A stretch of 64,000 nt of DNA, taken from the NCBI GenBank assembly GCA_039189765.1, contig JBCCYL010000004.1:1-64000 (forward strand), read 5' to 3'. The position numbers and the translations under genes were made by a program. Source of the stretch: Cyanobacteria bacterium P01_F01_bin.150 (GTDB taxonomy: Bacteria > Cyanobacteriota > Cyanobacteriia > CAKZMO01). The notes under the pieces are model-generated. The model was not told the origin of the DNA. It saw only the letters and a list, made by a program, of their open reading frames with translations, and made no database searches. Below are positions 61,389 through 64,000 of the stretch, piece after piece (positions within the stretch are counted from its first letter, which is position 1; every line of letters begins with the position of its first letter).

Positions 61389-64000
61389 ATGCGATCGCCA
61401 CTTTTGATAAAACTCATGCTAATGCCATTAGGGATATTGCCCGTTCTTCTGTTAGGCACGGGAGTCGCTAATGCATTGCCTGCGCTAGAAACATCTACGG
61501 TCGTTCCTCCAGCAGAAAATCAGGGACAAGCATCAACTCTCTCATCAGATGCTGTGCATCCATCGGGCAATCATGTGGCACAGTCAGATGGTTCGGGCGC
61601 TGCGGACTCGGTGGTAGAAGAGCATGAGGTGACTGATGCCCATGGCCCTGAGTTTGCAGATGCTCACGCAACAGCGGCGGACCTGCGGATTGAGCCTCGG
61701 TTTAATGTCGGGCACACGACCAGTGGTGGTTGGATGAATGGGTTAAGCCGCATTAGTGGCTGGATTCCTTTGCGACAGCAGGTGGGAGAAGATGTAACGT
61801 TTATTGAGCCTCGTATAGTCCTAGATAATGAAGGCCACTGGGGCGGGAATTTCCTTCTCGGTCATCGGGAATATGATGAAGATGGCAATCGCCTCTGGGC
61901 TGGCTATGCCTCAATTGACATCCGGGAAGCGGAAGAAGGGACCTGTGATCAGCTTGGGCTGGGCATGGAAACCCTCGGTGATAAATGGGACGTTCACCTC
62001 AACGGCTACATACCGATTGGCTCTTGCCGTCGGAATTTGGAGGAAAGCTTTTTCACCACCGGAGACGGCATTAGCTCGTCAGCGACTTTTGAAGGTAACC
62101 AGTTAATTCTTTCAGAAACTCAGGGGTCCATTCGTTCTTTTACCGACCAAATTGCGGTCGGTGGTTTCGATTTAGGGACCACCGTTGAACTCGCGGAGTG
62201 GGATGATGGCGATGGTGATTTACGGGCACTCGCCGGAATTTATCATTTGGGGGCCGAAGGCATTGATGACGCCTTTGGTTGGAGGCTTGGCTTAGAAGCC
62301 CGCCCCACTGAACAAATTGTCCTGGGCGTGGTTTACCAGGAAGATGAGATGTTTGGCACTAACGTGATGGCGTCCATCACTTTTAGTTTCCCCCGTGTTC
62401 GTCCTAAGGGTGATGTTTTGGATGAATTTGAAGAAGATTATGAAGTGGTAGAGCGATTGGGAGAACCCATCCGTCGAAACCACACTATTGTTATGAACAC
62501 CATCAGCGGTCAAGAGTCCGATCTGACCGTGGTTAGCGAACCGCTATTTAATCCTCAAAATGGTACGGATGAGAATCCCAGTGCCTACCGCTTCATTCAC
62601 GTTGATTTAGGCGCAGCCAGCAATGGCGATGGGACAGCGGAAAGCCCCTACAACAATATTGATGACGCCTTGGCCAATGCGAGCCGTAACTCGGGAACCG
62701 CGAACGGGAATCCAGAAACGGCTGAAAACCAAATCGTTTATGTTGATGCAAGCAGCAACACCGACATAGACGCGTTTGAAATTCCAGCAGGGGTCCGCGT
62801 ATTATCTCAAGCACCCACCCAACTGCTAAACGGAAGTAATGATTCTTTCTCGACCTTCCCTGTTGTGGAAGGTCGCTTACCTTTCTCTCCAGAAAATAAT
62901 TTCAATACGGGAACAGATATAGAAACAGGCATTGTTGTCACTCTTCCAGGATCTGGAGATGGTGATTTTCCCATTTTGGATTCAGGGGCCGATGATCTGA
63001 TTGTGATGAATAGCAATACCGTATTGTCCGGTTTCATCATTAACAATGCTGCCAGCGATGCTATTTTTGCTGATGGAGCTGAAAATATAGAAATTCGCGA
63101 TTCCTTTATCAACAATGTAGGTGAGCGAGGAATTTCGCTCAATAATGTGGTCGGCAGCGTGATTCTGTTTGACAACAGTCTGACGAACATTGGCGATGAA
63201 GGGATTGCCATCTTCAATGACACCCCCCCCAGCACAGTAGAGGTGACAGCCCGTCGCCAAACCATTGATAATGCTCGAGTTGGTATTGCTCTGGGGACGA
63301 GCGGAGGATCAGCTATAACTGGAAATTCCACTCAAATTGTTGATATTGAAGACAGCGAAATTACCAATAGTATCGAGCAAGGATTGCTGATGACGACCAG
63401 CGAGGTGGGGAATCAGGAAGTCAACTTTAGGGCAGTGGATGGTCAGGCGACGATTACCGGTAGTGGCCAAGAAGGTATCCGAATTGAAGCAATTACTTCA
63501 GGTTCACAAGAAGTCACCATTGAAGGGGCCACGATTGCGAACAACGGTAGTGACGGCACCCACGCCGGTATTGAGGTCATTGGGGGCATTCTCGACGACA
63601 TCGAAACTGATAATAATACCGCCGCTCAAGAAGTGTTTATCTTTGACAGTGCGATTGCCAATAATACGGGAGCGGGTATTAGCATCGAAGGAAATGGTGA
63701 AGCCGCTCAGGAATTTGGCATTAGTCGTAATACTATTACTAACAACTTAGGCGGGGGCATTGTCTCTACAACTAACAACTCGGTATTCCAAGAGTTTGTG
63801 AGGGATGATGATAATTTAACAAATGGTATATTCAGTAACACGATTACGGGGAATACTGGGCAAGGTATTGATTTGAATGCGAATGACTCCAGTACATTAC
63901 TAGCCGATATTTCCGCAAATACACTTTCGAATACGGCCACTACAGATGGAAATCCAGAGCTGGACTTTACTGCCAATAGCAATTCAGTTGACGCCTGTGC
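61389..64000 (+). CDS. large surface protein: signal peptide, inverse-autotransporter-like beta-barrel, right-handed beta-helix repeats (runs off window)
   Basis: Frame opens MRSPLLIKLMLMPLGILPVLLLGTGVANA; IEPRFNVGHTTSGG...GGNFLLGHR barrel-like region; GDGTAESPYNNI and I-NN-G-GI repeats; absent from the ORF track because there is no stop inside the window. Confidence 0.82.
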   Translation, partial: MRSPLLIKLMLMPLGILPVLLLGTGVANALPALETSTVVPPAENQGQASTLSSDAVHPSGNHVAQSDGSGAADSVVEEHEVTDAHGPEFADAHATAADLRIEPRFNVGHTTSGGWMNGLSRISGWIPLRQQVGEDVTFIEPRIVLDNEGHWGGNFLLGHREYDEDGNRLWAGYASIDIREAEEGTCDQLGLGMETLGDKWDVHLNGYIPIGSCRRNLEESFFTTGDGISSSATFEGNQLILSETQGSIRSFTDQIAVGGFDLGTTVELAEWDDGDGDLRALAGIYHLGAEGIDDAFGWRLGLEARPTEQIVLGVVYQEDEMFGTNVMASITFSFPRVRPKGDVLDEFEEDYEVVERLGEPIRRNHTIVMNTISGQESDLTVVSEPLFNPQNGTDENPSAYRFIHVDLGAASNGDGTAESPYNNIDDALANASRNSGTANGNPETAENQIVYVDASSNTDIDAFEIPAGVRVLSQAPTQLLNGSNDSFSTFPVVEGRLPFSPENNFNTGTDIETGIVVTLPGSGDGDFPILDSGADDLIVMNSNTVLSGFIINNAASDAIFADGAENIEIRDSFINNVGERGISLNNVVGSVILFDNSLTNIGDEGIAIFNDTPPSTVEVTARRQTIDNARVGIALGTSGGSAITGNSTQIVDIEDSEITNSIEQGLLMTTSEVGNQEVNFRAVDGQATITGSGQEGIRIEAITSGSQEVTIEGATIANNGSDGTHAGIEVIGGILDDIETDNNTAAQEVFIFDSAIANNTGAGISIEGNGEAAQEFGISRNTITNNLGGGIVSTTNNSVFQEFVRDDDNLTNGIFSNTITGNTGQGIDLNANDSSTLLADISANTLSNTATTDGNPELDFTANSNSVDAC

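Noticed and set aside
61828..63982. Several short ORFs listed in the track near the window end
   Set aside because: They are alternative-frame or antisense shadows of the long CDS starting at 61389.

Overview
This is a cyanobacterial chromosomal segment: HIP1 octamers (GCGATCGC) occur throughout, and it carries psbX, ycf66, ycf19/yggT, ycf23, an SLH porin, a devH-like gene and a cikA-like gene. Most of the window is housekeeping or accessory genes (argS, ppk1, radA, coaBC, NDH-2, hspA, DevB/DevC exporter parts, two-component kinases). The main feature is a ~9 kb translation-related island at about 20.9-29.85 kb. It starts with a leader ORF and attenuator-like structure, an HNH endonuclease and an alr0857-type gene. 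A strong sigma70 promoter follows, overlapped by four TGTA(G/A/T)TA(C/T) boxes and followed by an rrn-type boxA. Downstream lie 38 co-oriented tRNA genes that I folded by eye and that cover all 20 amino acids, then NADAR and a basic hypothetical gene. Two things stand out inside the island. First, four tRNA genes carry the same 26-nt two-hairpin insertion at the same T-loop position. Second, the island ends in a ~260-nt RNA with tRNA-like acceptor, D and T arms (G3-U70, A73) whose anticodon loop is replaced by a ~200-nt segment resembling a degenerate group I intron core. All calls come from manual reading with no database searches. The first ~90 nt look error-prone (homopolymer-rich).
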